Source of the DNA: an uncultured delta proteobacterium
GTDB lineage: Bacteria > Desulfobacterota > Binatia > UBA9968
Direction of reading: 5' to 3'
NCBI GenBank assembly: GCA_963840855.1
Contig: CAWJBB010000069.1
Location: 32,001-96,000 of the forward strand
Length of the DNA stretch: 64,000 nt
The position numbers were made by a program, and so were the translations under genes. The notes beneath the pieces are model-generated. The model was given only the letters and a program-made list of their open reading frames with translations. It searched no databases and was not told where the DNA came from. Positions 1-10,039 of this stretch are shown here, in pieces (within the stretch, counting starts at the first letter, position 1; the number at the start of each line of letters is the position of its first letter).

Positions 1-38
1 TAACCCGAAAAACGATTTAGCCAAAGGAGGAAAAGGAT

Positions 39-1097
39 ATGGCTGGTAGCGAAGCGGGTTGTGAAGTCATCATTTCTTCAGACTCCCACGTCATGGAGCC
101 TTCGGAGATTCTAGTCGAACGGGCGCCGCAGTCTTTCAGGGATCAAGTGCCGCGCTTTCCGAAATTGCCAGTCGGATCGAGCTTTCAGTCTCATCCCGGA
201 GGCTCGGACCCAACGCACCGAATCACAGAGATGGAAACGGATGGCGTAAGTGGCGAGGTGCTTTTCCCGACCTATCTTTTGCCCCACTTTGCGATGGACG
301 ATGCCAAGCTTCAGGAAGTCTCTTTTCGCGCCTACAATGACTGGTTGATCGATTACTGCAAAGTGTCGCCCAAGCGTTTGCTCGGGATCGCGGCAATTTC
401 GGTTTACAACATCGACGAAGGCGTTAAGGAGCTTGAACGCTGCGCCAAAGCCGGCATGTACGGCTCGATTATCTGGCAAGCGCCGCATCCGGATCTGCCG
501 TTCAAGTCAGAGCACTACAATAAATTCTGGGCCGCCTCACAGGATCTGAACATGCCCGTCCATCTCCATATTCTTACCGGCCACGGCTACCACAAGGAGA
601 CCGTTTTCGGGAACAAGAGGACGGGACCCGAGGCCTATCGCGGCAGCGTCAATCTCAAGCTCGCTGAAATCATCAACGCCTTTTTCGAACTGATTTTTTT
701 CGGCGTCATGGAGCGTTATCCGAAGCTCAAATTCGTCAGCGTTGAAAACGAAATCGGCTGGATGCCCTTCATGCTGCAGCAATGGGATTACTATTATAAC
801 CGGTTCAAGAACGAGAACCCGCCGCCGATTACCAAGAACCCGAGCGACTATTTCTCGAATCAGGTCTTCGGCACCTTCTTCCGCGATACCGTTGCGGGCC
901 ATAGTTTCGAATGGTGGGGCCAGGACAACTGCATGTGGTCGAATGACTATCCGCATGGCAACTCGACATGGCCGGAGTCCAAAAAGTACATTGACCGCGA
1001 TCTGGGCCATCTCCCGGCGGAAACGCGGCGCAAGCTCGTTTACACCAACGTCAAGAAGCTCTACGACATCGATATTCCGCATCCGGCGTTGCAATAG
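39..1097 (+). CDS. Amidohydrolase family protein (amidohydrolase_2-like)
   Basis: D-S-H metal motif (SSDSHVME), VHLH, WSNDYPH; GGAGG/AAGGA RBS upstream. Confidence 0.85.
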   Translation: MAGSEAGCEVIISSDSHVMEPSEILVERAPQSFRDQVPRFPKLPVGSSFQSHPGGSDPTHRITEMETDGVSGEVLFPTYLLPHFAMDDAKLQEVSFRAYNDWLIDYCKVSPKRLLGIAAISVYNIDEGVKELERCAKAGMYGSIIWQAPHPDLPFKSEHYNKFWAASQDLNMPVHLHILTGHGYHKETVFGNKRTGPEAYRGSVNLKLAEIINAFFELIFFGVMERYPKLKFVSVENEIGWMPFMLQQWDYYYNRFKNENPPPITKNPSDYFSNQVFGTFFRDTVAGHSFEWWGQDNCMWSNDYPHGNSTWPESKKYIDRDLGHLPAETRRKLVYTNVKKLYDIDIPHPALQ

Positions 1098-1125
1098 CGG
1101 GCGATCAAATCGGGAAGAAACAAAT

Positions 1126-1171
1126 GGCGCGCCTTCGGACGAGATAAAGTCTGACGGCGCGCCTTTTTTTT
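1126..1171 (+). terminator. Rho-independent terminator
   Basis: GGCGCGCC...GGCGCGCC stem followed by T8, just after the amidohydrolase stop. Confidence 0.7.
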
Positions 1172-1220
1172 GGTGCGATGTGGATCTAATGTCTTGTGTC
1201 AGGCATTTATTTCTTCCTCT

Positions 1221-1307
1221 GTCATTCCGGGCAAGCTGGTGATAGCTAGCGCGACCCGGAATCCAGGCGAGATTTGGGGCCTGGATTCCCGCCTTCGCGG
1301 GAATGAC
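1221..1307. repeat. REP-like palindromic element (GTCATTCC...GGAATCCAG / CTGGATTCCCGCC..GCGGGAATGAC)
   Basis: Nested hairpins; related degenerate copy at 40601-40678. Confidence 0.65.
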
Positions 1308-1387
1308 GAGGAGACGTCTCTAACTTTTTTAGCGGCCTGCACAGGAAGAGTGCTCGCAAAAAATAATAACTAGCGATAGGAGGTTTT

Positions 1388-3136
1388 ATGCCAGCCCGTT
1401 ACGGATCAGACCTGATCGTCGATTTAATGAAGGTGCTGGGGATTGAATATGTCGCGTTGAATCCCGGCTCGAGCTTTCGCGGTATTCACGATTCCCTGGT
1501 CAATTATGAAAGCGGAACCAAGCCCAATCCTGAGATCGTTCTCTGCTGCCACGAAGAAATCGCCGTCGCCGTCGCCCATGGCTACGCCAAAGCGACGGGC
1601 AAGATTATGCCGGCCATCGTGCACAATGTGGTAGGCCTGCAGCATGCGTCGATGGCGATTTACAACGCCTGGTGCGATCGCACGCCGGTGCTCGTCATGG
1701 GCGGCACCGGCCCGATGAACTCCAGCAAACGGCGCCCGTGGATCGACTGGATTCATACGGCGCTGGTGCAGGGCAATTTGGTTCGCGACTTCGTCAAATG
1801 GGACGACCAGCCCATCGGCATCGAGGCGATCCCGTCATCGATGATGCGTGGCTATCGCATCGCCATGAGCGATCCAGGGGGGCCGGTCTATCTCTGCTTC
1901 GATGTGACCGATCAGGAGGCGGCAATCGAGAAGGAAATTCCGCTGCCCGATCCGAATCGCTATCGCCCGCCGGCGCCGCTGCAAGCGGAAACCGCAGCGC
2001 TTCAGGAAGCGGCTCGGTTGCTTTCGTCGGCACAGACTCCGGTCATCGTTGCCGACTATGTGGGTCGGAGCAATGACGCGGTTCTAAGTCTCGTCAGACT
2101 CGCCGATCTTTTGTCGATCCCGGTAATCGACCTCGGCGCGCGACTGAATTTTCCCAACACTCATTCACTGAATCTTACCGGCAGAAATCGCGAGCTGATC
2201 GCCAATGCGGATGTCATTCTCGGATTGGACGTGACTGACCTTTACGGCGCCCTGGTGCGCTCGGATCCGAACACGCACGCAACCGTGCCAGCAACCAAGC
2301 CCGGCTGCAAAGTGATTCACGTGACGCTCGCCGACATTTCTATGCGTGGCTGGACCAGCGACTTTCAAGAATTGGCGCCGGTGGATTTGCCGATCGTCGC
2401 CAACACGAGAGTTTTTCTGCCCGCCCTCGAGGAAGAAATCAAAAAACAGGGAAAATTTTCCAAGACTGTGGTCGACGACAGACGAAAGGCCGTGGCCGCA
2501 CAGCATGAGGAAGTCCACGCGCGCTGGCAAAACGATCTAAAGAAGCGGTGGGACGAGCGGCCGATCGCGCCGCCGCGTTTGGCCTATGAAGTCTGGGAAG
2601 CGATCAAGAAAGAAGATTGGCTGTTGGTCGCCGGCGGCTTCCGCGGCTGGCCGAGCCGCCTGTGGACGTGGGACAAACCCGGTCTGTTTCTCGGCGGCTA
2701 CGGCGGCGGCGGGTTAGGTTATGGTCCAGCGGCTTCGGTGGGCGCTTCGCTTCCTTACCGCGGCACGGGCAAAATATGCGTCAACTTGCAGCGCGACGGC
2801 GAGATGCTTTACACGTCGAGCGCCATGTGGACGGCGGCCAACACCGGAGTGCCGCTGCTGACGGTGATGACCAATAATCGTGTTTATTATAACGACGTGG
2901 AGCATCAGGAAAAGGTCGCGATCACGCGCGGCCGGCCGGTGGAGAACAAACTAGTAGGCATGGAAATGGCCAGGCCCCCTGTAGACTTTGCCAACTTGGC
3001 GCGCTCCTTCAGTATCTACGGCGAGGGACCGATCACCGAACCGGAGCAGATTCGTCCGGCGGTGGAACGAGCGATCAAGGTTATTAAAGAAGAGAAGCGG
3101 CCGGCATTGGTCGATGTGTATATGCAACACGTTTAG
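1388..3136 (+). CDS. Thiamine pyrophosphate-dependent enzyme (acetolactate synthase/benzoylformate decarboxylase superfamily)
   Basis: NPGSS, catalytic HEE, C-terminal xDG...NN TPP motif. Confidence 0.85.
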   Translation: MPARYGSDLIVDLMKVLGIEYVALNPGSSFRGIHDSLVNYESGTKPNPEIVLCCHEEIAVAVAHGYAKATGKIMPAIVHNVVGLQHASMAIYNAWCDRTPVLVMGGTGPMNSSKRRPWIDWIHTALVQGNLVRDFVKWDDQPIGIEAIPSSMMRGYRIAMSDPGGPVYLCFDVTDQEAAIEKEIPLPDPNRYRPPAPLQAETAALQEAARLLSSAQTPVIVADYVGRSNDAVLSLVRLADLLSIPVIDLGARLNFPNTHSLNLTGRNRELIANADVILGLDVTDLYGALVRSDPNTHATVPATKPGCKVIHVTLADISMRGWTSDFQELAPVDLPIVANTRVFLPALEEEIKKQGKFSKTVVDDRRKAVAAQHEEVHARWQNDLKKRWDERPIAPPRLAYEVWEAIKKEDWLLVAGGFRGWPSRLWTWDKPGLFLGGYGGGGLGYGPAASVGASLPYRGTGKICVNLQRDGEMLYTSSAMWTAANTGVPLLTVMTNNRVYYNDVEHQEKVAITRGRPVENKLVGMEMARPPVDFANLARSFSIYGEGPITEPEQIRPAVERAIKVIKEEKRPALVDVYMQHV

Positions 3137-3315
3137 CGGACTTTTTTTCTCTTGTTGACACGAATTGAGAGCAGGTGCGGCGTACGGGCGTCGGCTGGGC
3201 AGAAAACCCCTGGACGCCGCCGATCCGCATCGCTCAACTGCGCAGGGCTAACGATGTTACGCGTTACTTTTTGAAGCGCGAAGTTTACGGAATAGCCGGC
3301 CCTTCGCAAAGCGCT

Positions 3316-5997
3316 TTACGCGTGGGCTTCGGCCCAGTTGGCGCCGCTGTGTACTTCCACGGCCAAGCCGCAGCGAAGATCGACGGCTTGGGTCATTTCC
3401 TTCTCGATCAACGCGCGCGCTTGAGCGAGCTTGTCCGCAGGCACCTCGAAAACCAGCTCGTCGTGGACCGTTAGGAGCATTTTGGCGACCGGCTCTTTGC
3501 GCAACGCGGCGTCGACGTCGATCATCGCCTTTTTGAGAATGTCGGCGGCGCTTCCCTGGATCGGCGCATTGAGCGCCATGCGCTCGCCCAGTGCGCGCAG
3601 ACGAAAATTAGATGACTGCAACTCCGGGACATAGCGGCGCCGGCCGAACATGGTCGTGGTGAATCCGTCGACCTTTGCTTTCTCCACCTGGGCGGCGAGA
3701 AATTCTTTCACTTTCGGAAATTGCCCATAATAGGCATCGACGAAGCTGGCCGCTTCGTCCATTTCAACGCCGAGCCGCTGCGAGACCCCGTAAGTCGACA
3801 TGCCATAAGCGATGCCATAGGAAAACTGTTTGACCTGATTGCGCATCTCCGAAGTCACGTCTTTTAAAGGGACGCCGTAGACCTTGGCGGCGATGGTCGC
3901 ATGGAAGTCATGTCCTTGGGCGAAGGCCTGGCAAAAGGTCTCATCCCCGGAGAGATGCGCCAGCACTCGTAGCTCGATCTGCGAATAGTCCGCCGAAAGC
4001 AGCAGGTGCCCGGCCGCCGCGATGAAAGCGCGGCGAATTTGCCGTCCCAGTTCGCCGCGAATGGGAATGTTTTGCAGGTTGGGCGCGGTCGATGACAAGC
4101 GCCCGGTGGCGGCCGTGGTCTGCTCGTAAGTGGTGTGAATGCGCCGTGTCTTGGGATCGATGAGGCCAAGCAGCATCTCGCTAAAACCGTTCTTGAGCTT
4201 CGAGACCTCGCGGTATTCGAGCAACGACGCGACGATCGGATGGCGGCCGGCGAGCTTCTCCAACTCTGCCGCGTCTGTGGAGTAGCCGGTTTTGATTTTT
4301 CGCGTTTTGGGCAACGACAATTTTTCAAAGAGAATGCGCTGCAGCTGGACGTTGGAGTTCACGTTGAATTCCTCGCCTGCGACCTGCTGAATCGTTTGCT
4401 CCAGGCTTGTCATTTTTTGGCCGAAGTCAGAGTTCAGCTGATCGAGATAGTCGCGGTCGACAAGAATGCCGGTGTGCTCCATACGCGCGAGCACGGGGAT
4501 CAAAGGAAACTCCAGGGTAGTCGCAAGCTCCCAGACGCCTTGGGCGCGGAGTTGTTCTTCCACCACCGGCGCCACGGCGCGGATCGCCACAGCTTCCCGG
4601 CACACGCTCTGCTTCTCGTCGGTGGCAAATGAGAGCGTGCCTTGCTCTCCTGATTGCGGCTCGTTCTTCTCTGCATCGAGGGTGACGCCGAGGTGGCGAT
4701 TGACGATGTCGCGCAGTTGGTACCCTGACGAAGAACCGGGTTCGAGGAGATAGGCGGCGATCTTGGTATCACAACGGAGGCCGTAAATTTCGCCGCCGGC
4801 GCTTAGGATAGAGCGGAACAGTGCCTTGGCGTCATGTGCAGCTTTTTGCCGGTTAGGGTCTTTGAGACAACCGGCAAACCGATCCAGCGAGTCGGCGAAA
4901 GGCAAAAAGCGCGCTTCGCCGGCTCGGTCGCTCAGGGCGAGCCAGTCCTCATTCCACGCCAGCGCCACGACTTCGTCCGGATGCAGGTCGGCCTCGGCGG
5001 TGAATTCGGTCATCGAGTTTATTTCGAGCGCAGCCGACACCGCAACGTCGGCGCCATGAAATTTGAGATCCTTCAGCCGGTCATGCAGGGTGCGAAATTC
5101 AAGCGATAGAAAAAGCTTGCGCACCGCCTCCTCGTCCCATGCCTCCAGGCGAAGGTTTGCCGGGTCGAGGTCGAGCCGCACATCGTCAAGCAGGTGGCCG
5201 AGCTCTTTGTTGATCCGAACCTGATCTGCGTGTTTCTTAATGGCATCGCGCAGTTTCGGCGTTAGCTCGTCGGCATGAGCGATCACCTGCTCGATGTCGC
5301 CGTATTTGTTGATCAGCTGAGCGGCGGTTTTGTCGCCTACGCCGGGAACGCCGGGCAAATTGTCCGAAGCTTCGCCTTTAAGTGCGACGAAGTCGATCCA
5401 CTTTTCCGGCGCGACGCCGTAGCGCTCCAGCACCGTCGGAGCATTGTAACGGATCACGTCGGAAATACCGCGGCGCGTCATGATGACCGACACGCCGTCG
5501 CGGACCAGTTGTAGAATATCGCGGTCGCCAGTAACGATCATCACCTCACAACCTTCTTCTCTGGCGTGCTTGGTCAGAGTTGCAAGCAGATCGTCGGCTT
5601 CGTAGCCTTCCAGCTCGACCATGGGAATCCGCAAGCTCTCGAGTACTTCGCGGATCAAAGGCAACTGCTGTTTAAACAAGTCCGGGGTCGCCGCTCGTCC
5701 GGCCTTGTATTCGGCGTAACGGTCGAGGCGAAATTGCGGCGCACCCCTGTCGAAACAAACGACCACGCCCTGCGGCCGCTCGTCGGCGAGAAGCTTGATC
5801 AACATCGCGGTGAAACCGTAAACCGCGTTAGTCACTTGCCCCGAAGACGTGACGAGGGTGTCAGGAAGGGCAAAAAAAGCGCGGTAAGCCAACGAGTGGC
5901 CGTCGAGCAACAGCAGCTTATGTGCGTCTGCCTTGGCCGGCGCCGCCAGCTTGCGCTTAGACTTTTCTTCAGGCTGCTTCTTGGTTCTCTCGCTCAT
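3316..5997 (-). CDS. polA: DNA polymerase I
   Basis: 5'-3' exonuclease LLDGHSLAYRAFFAL and EADD; TGRLSS, DYSQIELR, QGSAAD and VHDE polymerase motifs. Confidence 0.97.
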   Translation of the reverse strand: MSERTKKQPEEKSKRKLAAPAKADAHKLLLLDGHSLAYRAFFALPDTLVTSSGQVTNAVYGFTAMLIKLLADERPQGVVVCFDRGAPQFRLDRYAEYKAGRAATPDLFKQQLPLIREVLESLRIPMVELEGYEADDLLATLTKHAREEGCEVMIVTGDRDILQLVRDGVSVIMTRRGISDVIRYNAPTVLERYGVAPEKWIDFVALKGEASDNLPGVPGVGDKTAAQLINKYGDIEQVIAHADELTPKLRDAIKKHADQVRINKELGHLLDDVRLDLDPANLRLEAWDEEAVRKLFLSLEFRTLHDRLKDLKFHGADVAVSAALEINSMTEFTAEADLHPDEVVALAWNEDWLALSDRAGEARFLPFADSLDRFAGCLKDPNRQKAAHDAKALFRSILSAGGEIYGLRCDTKIAAYLLEPGSSSGYQLRDIVNRHLGVTLDAEKNEPQSGEQGTLSFATDEKQSVCREAVAIRAVAPVVEEQLRAQGVWELATTLEFPLIPVLARMEHTGILVDRDYLDQLNSDFGQKMTSLEQTIQQVAGEEFNVNSNVQLQRILFEKLSLPKTRKIKTGYSTDAAELEKLAGRHPIVASLLEYREVSKLKNGFSEMLLGLIDPKTRRIHTTYEQTTAATGRLSSTAPNLQNIPIRGELGRQIRRAFIAAAGHLLLSADYSQIELRVLAHLSGDETFCQAFAQGHDFHATIAAKVYGVPLKDVTSEMRNQVKQFSYGIAYGMSTYGVSQRLGVEMDEAASFVDAYYGQFPKVKEFLAAQVEKAKVDGFTTTMFGRRRYVPELQSSNFRLRALGERMALNAPIQGSAADILKKAMIDVDAALRKEPVAKMLLTVHDELVFEVPADKLAQARALIEKEMTQAVDLRCGLAVEVHSGANWAEAHA

Positions 5998-6108
5998 CTA
6001 TTGTAGTGTAATCAGAGAATTTGTTGGCGGCAACCTCGCGCTGCAATCCGGGTAGCGGCTGTGCAGGATCCTATTCGTAGTTGCCGCTCATACGCAGACC
6101 AAAACTTG

Positions 6109-6756
6109 CTAGTAACTTTTGCCCTCGTACACCCAGCGATCTAAGTTATCGAAGTACTGCCGCCGTAGTACCAGACTCATCGCCACGGCGCGAGCGGCTC
6201 TCTCCTGCTTCTCTGCCGTCGTTGCGTATTTGACGAGAATCTCGAATGGGTAATTGCCGTGTTCTTCTTCGTCATCGTGGATTTTCTGGTAGGGCGCTGT
6301 TATCCATTTCGGCACGGTGCCGGCCTTTAAACTCTTGGCAATTAAATAGTCTGCCACACCCTCGCCCGCCATTGGAAACGCCGCGATTCTTTCAACCGTA
6401 TCGGTCAATCCTTCAAAAGCGTTAAACATCGCCATCTGCGCCGGCAGCGCTCGGTAATCGTGGGGCACGACGCCTTTAGCGCGCAGCGCTTCTTCGAGAA
6501 AAGTCGCGTGCTCGTATTCTTCGTGGGTCGCCTCCGCCAGGGTTTTCTTGACATCCAGTTCCGGCGTGCTTTTTAGCCAGCCGCCGAAGATCTCACCGGC
6601 GCGAATCTCGTTGAACAACCGGCTCTGCATAACCTTAATGCGCATCTCATCCGTGGTCAGCGGAATGTAGCTGTAGGCAGGGAGCTTGGCATCGAGAGAC
6701 GCGCAGAACTCGGCAACCTGTTTTTCTATCGTCTTGGCAAACTCTCGGCTGTCCAT
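6109..6756 (-). CDS. Ferritin-like (diiron) domain protein
   Basis: Two ExxH motifs (EYEH, EEEH) with helical spacing. Confidence 0.65.
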   Translation of the reverse strand: MDSREFAKTIEKQVAEFCASLDAKLPAYSYIPLTTDEMRIKVMQSRLFNEIRAGEIFGGWLKSTPELDVKKTLAEATHEEYEHATFLEEALRAKGVVPHDYRALPAQMAMFNAFEGLTDTVERIAAFPMAGEGVADYLIAKSLKAGTVPKWITAPYQKIHDDEEEHGNYPFEILVKYATTAEKQERAARAVAMSLVLRRQYFDNLDRWVYEGKSY

Positions 6757-6815
6757 ATCGACCTCTCTTGCCCGAAAGCACTTCCGTACTCGCTATCAAT
6801 AGAACGACCTCGGCG

Positions 6816-7727
6816 TCAAGTCTTTGCGTTTTGATCGTGGCGGTTAAAGGGACGTCTCTCATTTCTCAAAATTTTAGGTCGGGAAACGGCCAGGCCGACC
6901 CCACCCAGAATCACCACAGCCGATATCACGAGACGCAGACTAATCGCTTCGGATAAAACGAATACGCCGGCGAGCGCTGCTAGCACCGGCACCGCTAGCT
7001 GGACCGTCGCCGCTCGTGTCGCCGTCAGGCGAGGCAGTGCTGCGTACCACAGGACGTAGCCTACTCCCGATGTGATGGATCCCGATAGGGCCGCCCAGAG
7101 AAAACCCATAGGAGTTATAGTCAGTGTGGGTAGCCACAATAAGACGACACCGATAGCCAAGGGCACCGTGCGCAGAAAATTGTCCGTAGTGACGCCGACA
7201 GGATCACTGGCGCCGCGGCCTCTGAGAGAGTAAATGCCCCAGGCGATTCCGGCGGTGGCCATAAGAACCGATCCGAGGATGGAGGGGGCGGTGGTCCCGG
7301 GAGATACTAAATAAATCAGACCAGAAATGGCGATGAATAAGCCCAACCACTCCAAAATCTCCGGTCTTTCACCCGTAGAGAGGCCCACCGCGATCATTGT
7401 GATTTGCACCGATGCGAAGAGAATTAGCGCTCCGGTTCCCGCGCTCAAGCTTATGTAAGCGAAAGAAAAGGTTACGGCATATAGAAAAAGCATTGATGCA
7501 GAAATCCAACTGCCGGCGGATTTCCCGAAGGATTCCTTCCGGCGGAAAGCGGCGATTATCCATAGAGTGACCGCTCCGGTGATCAGCCTGACCGCTGTGT
7601 AGCTCGCCGGGTCGATGATCGGCCCAGCCAGTGCCAAACGGCAGAACACGGAATTGCCGGCAAAGGCGATGAGAGCGAGAACTGTAAGAGCCGCCGTGGC
7701 GGATCCTTTCGCAGATGATCTGCGCAT
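6816..7727 (-). CDS. DMT/EamA family transporter
   Basis: About 10 hydrophobic segments; AFAGNS..CRLAL start typical of a DMT subfamily. Confidence 0.85.
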   Translation of the reverse strand: MRRSSAKGSATAALTVLALIAFAGNSVFCRLALAGPIIDPASYTAVRLITGAVTLWIIAAFRRKESFGKSAGSWISASMLFLYAVTFSFAYISLSAGTGALILFASVQITMIAVGLSTGERPEILEWLGLFIAISGLIYLVSPGTTAPSILGSVLMATAGIAWGIYSLRGRGASDPVGVTTDNFLRTVPLAIGVVLLWLPTLTITPMGFLWAALSGSITSGVGYVLWYAALPRLTATRAATVQLAVPVLAALAGVFVLSEAISLRLVISAVVILGGVGLAVSRPKILRNERRPFNRHDQNAKT

Positions 7728-7741
7728 CCCGTTTACATCGA

Positions 7742-8569
7742 TCAGCTCGACAACTGTTGACCGTTGGTGGCTCTTGAGCGCGAGGGTTTGCGGGCGAAGA
7801 AATTGACTCCTTGAACGAAAAGGTCTCTGGACAACTTGGCTTTAGCAGAAGTGCCTTCATAACAGTCGAAACGCTCCACAATCTCACCGTCTGTCAAACC
7901 AACGTCGGCAGTGATCCCATAAAGCTCTGCCTCCGGCAGAGCGCCGCCAATTCAGGCCGCCCAGAGATCGACGTCGCTTCGTGCCGTCAGCGAAAGTTCT
8001 CTTTGAACGACGACATCCGCGAGATACAAGCGTCCTCCGGGACGCAGCACCCTATAGACCTCGCGAAAGGCGCGATCTTTGTCCGGCGAGAGATTGAGCA
8101 CGCCGTTGGAGATAATGACATCCACACTCTCAGTCTCCACCGGCAACTCTTCGGCCATGCCCCGGCGCACCTCAATGCTTTGCCACAAACCAGCTTTTAA
8201 CGCACCGCGCTTGGCCAACTCAAGCATAGAAGGAGTCATATCCACTCCCATCGCGTGTCCCGACGGGCTGGCGCGGCGCGCGGCCAGCAAAAGATCCATG
8301 CCCGCGCCGCAGCCGATATCCAGCACTATCTCCCCTGGTCCGATGGGACCGATGCGATGGGGATTGCCGACGCCGGCAAAAGATGCGGTGGATTCCGCCG
8401 GAATTGTCGCCAACTCGTCCGGATCGTACCGGAGCATGCGGCAAGCATACTCGGGTCCCCGATGAAAATGAAAGTTTCCGTTGGGTTGCCGCGCTACCCG
8501 ATCGTATTCCGCGCGGACCAATTCCCGCAATTTATCGACATTGAACCCTACCGGACATATCGCCGCCAT
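7742..8569 (-). CDS. ArsM-like SAM methyltransferase with in-frame UGA (probable selenocysteine) at 7952-7954
   Basis: VLDIGCGAG SAM motif; reads DLWAA-UGA-IGGAL where ArsM homologs have WxxCIxGAL; frame stays open 69 more codons to TGA at 7742; RBS GGAGA before ATG 8569. Confidence 0.8.
7924..7942 (-). promoter_or_regulatory. Putative bacterial SECIS hairpin
   Basis: Perfect 8-bp stem GCTCTGCC-GGA-GGCAGAGC starting 10 nt after the in-frame UGA. Confidence 0.65.
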
Positions 8570-8606
8570 AGTGATTCTCCCTGGCGCGATGGCTCGTTGC
8601 GCCAAC

Positions 8607-9167
8607 TCATGCTTTATCCAGCTGCACGGAGACCGTCACTGGTTTTGCAATACTATTGAACACCGGTGAGTATTTTTGGGCCATCCGGATAAGTTCCTCT
8701 TTCTGAGTTTCAGAGACATCTGCCTCGATCTTGAAATATAGACGGATATTCTGATATCCCACAGGAACCTCTTCCGATATTCCTAAAAAACCACGGAGAT
8801 CGAGATCGCCCTCATACCTGGATTCCAGTCCTTTTATAGCGATTCCCCGAGCAGCGGCATGGGCGACGAGACTTGTCGTCAGACAACCAGAGAGCGCAAC
8901 GAGAAGATACTCTACGGGATTCGCCCCCAGGTTTTTGCCGCATAGAACAGGCGGTTCGTCTATTTCAAAGACCAATGGGTCCCGCGAGTTGTCTTCCTTG
9001 AGAGCGCCGTAGAAATCTTTAACTGTCGCGCGATTGTAGGTTCCGTCGATCCACCTATTCGTTGCCCGAAATTTGAATTGAGCAACCTCTGGATTCCCCT
9101 TGATTACCTCCATGGTGCTGAACAACTGATCGACATTCACTCCGTTGATAATCTTTTCCTTTGCCAT
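8607..9167 (-). CDS. OsmC family protein
   Basis: DEPPVLCG..GANPVEYLLVALSGC, DLDLRGFLG, SPVF motifs. Confidence 0.88.
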   Translation of the reverse strand: MAKEKIINGVNVDQLFSTMEVIKGNPEVAQFKFRATNRWIDGTYNRATVKDFYGALKEDNSRDPLVFEIDEPPVLCGKNLGANPVEYLLVALSGCLTTSLVAHAAARGIAIKGLESRYEGDLDLRGFLGISEEVPVGYQNIRLYFKIEADVSETQKEELIRMAQKYSPVFNSIAKPVTVSVQLDKA

Positions 9168-9207
9168 TCTCTTACCCTCCTTTGCATTGTTGTTTTCTGC
9201 TTGCTAG

Positions 9208-9861
9208 TTAAACTGCTCCATCCTCAGCTAGATTGGGTATCGCCTTCTGAGAAGGGTAGTCGTTACCCAAAGAGAGTCGCCGCGGTTTCCGGAGCATCGG
9301 AAAAAGGGGAGGTGAAGATCCGACCTGAATCGTGTCGACTAACTCGAACCCGTGCCGCTGATAGAGCGGAACACTTTTTGGGCTCGACGATTCGAGATAG
9401 GCGAGTTTGCCCTCGCCATCGCACCGTTCAAGCGCATGTTTCAACAACGCCGAGCCATAGCCATTGCCTTGTTTGGCCGGGTCTACCCCGATCATGGGCA
9501 AATACCAGTGAGGTTCGGACGGATGGGAGCTATCCATCTGCTCGATAAAGGCAAAGATCTCTTGTTGTTTCTCCTCTGGAATCGTGCGTTGAAGCAACGC
9601 GGTCAGAGCGTTTTCGTCAGGGTGTACGTCCGGCGGAAGCCAAAGTGCCGCGCCTGAGTATCCATCAATCTGGTAAGCGCTCTTGTATTCAAACGCCTTG
9701 CCAGCGAATGCCCGTACGAAGCTCGGTAAATGGAGCAAATATTGATGCGGGTCGGGATAAAACCAGCGGGCCACGGGATCCGCACTAAACGCGAGCACGA
9801 CCGTGCCGACGGCTTGATCCGCATTTGATGGCGTTACGGTTTTGATTATTGGCTTGATCAT
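9208..9861 (-). CDS. GNAT family N-acetyltransferase
   Basis: IGVDPAKQGNGYGSALL acetyl-CoA motif; LYQRHGF. Confidence 0.88.
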   Translation of the reverse strand: MIKPIIKTVTPSNADQAVGTVVLAFSADPVARWFYPDPHQYLLHLPSFVRAFAGKAFEYKSAYQIDGYSGAALWLPPDVHPDENALTALLQRTIPEEKQQEIFAFIEQMDSSHPSEPHWYLPMIGVDPAKQGNGYGSALLKHALERCDGEGKLAYLESSSPKSVPLYQRHGFELVDTIQVGSSPPLFPMLRKPRRLSLGNDYPSQKAIPNLAEDGAV

Positions 9862-10039
9862 AGTCGGTTCTCCTTCATAGACATTTTGTTTTATTCGGCT
9901 CGAAGCTCCAGGCGAAAACGATCACGCACGCTTTGTCGTCCAAATGACTTCGCGCTGGTTCTATGAGTCACCATAAGAAATAGCCACATAGAAAACTACG
10001 AGGGCGAAGAGTAAAAATCCTTCCATGACGACATTCTCT

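Noticed and set aside
6027-6087. GCGGCAAC...GTTGCCGC hairpin as an attC site
   Set aside because: Right-hand spacer is too long and the cores are atypical; more likely an intergenic stem-loop.
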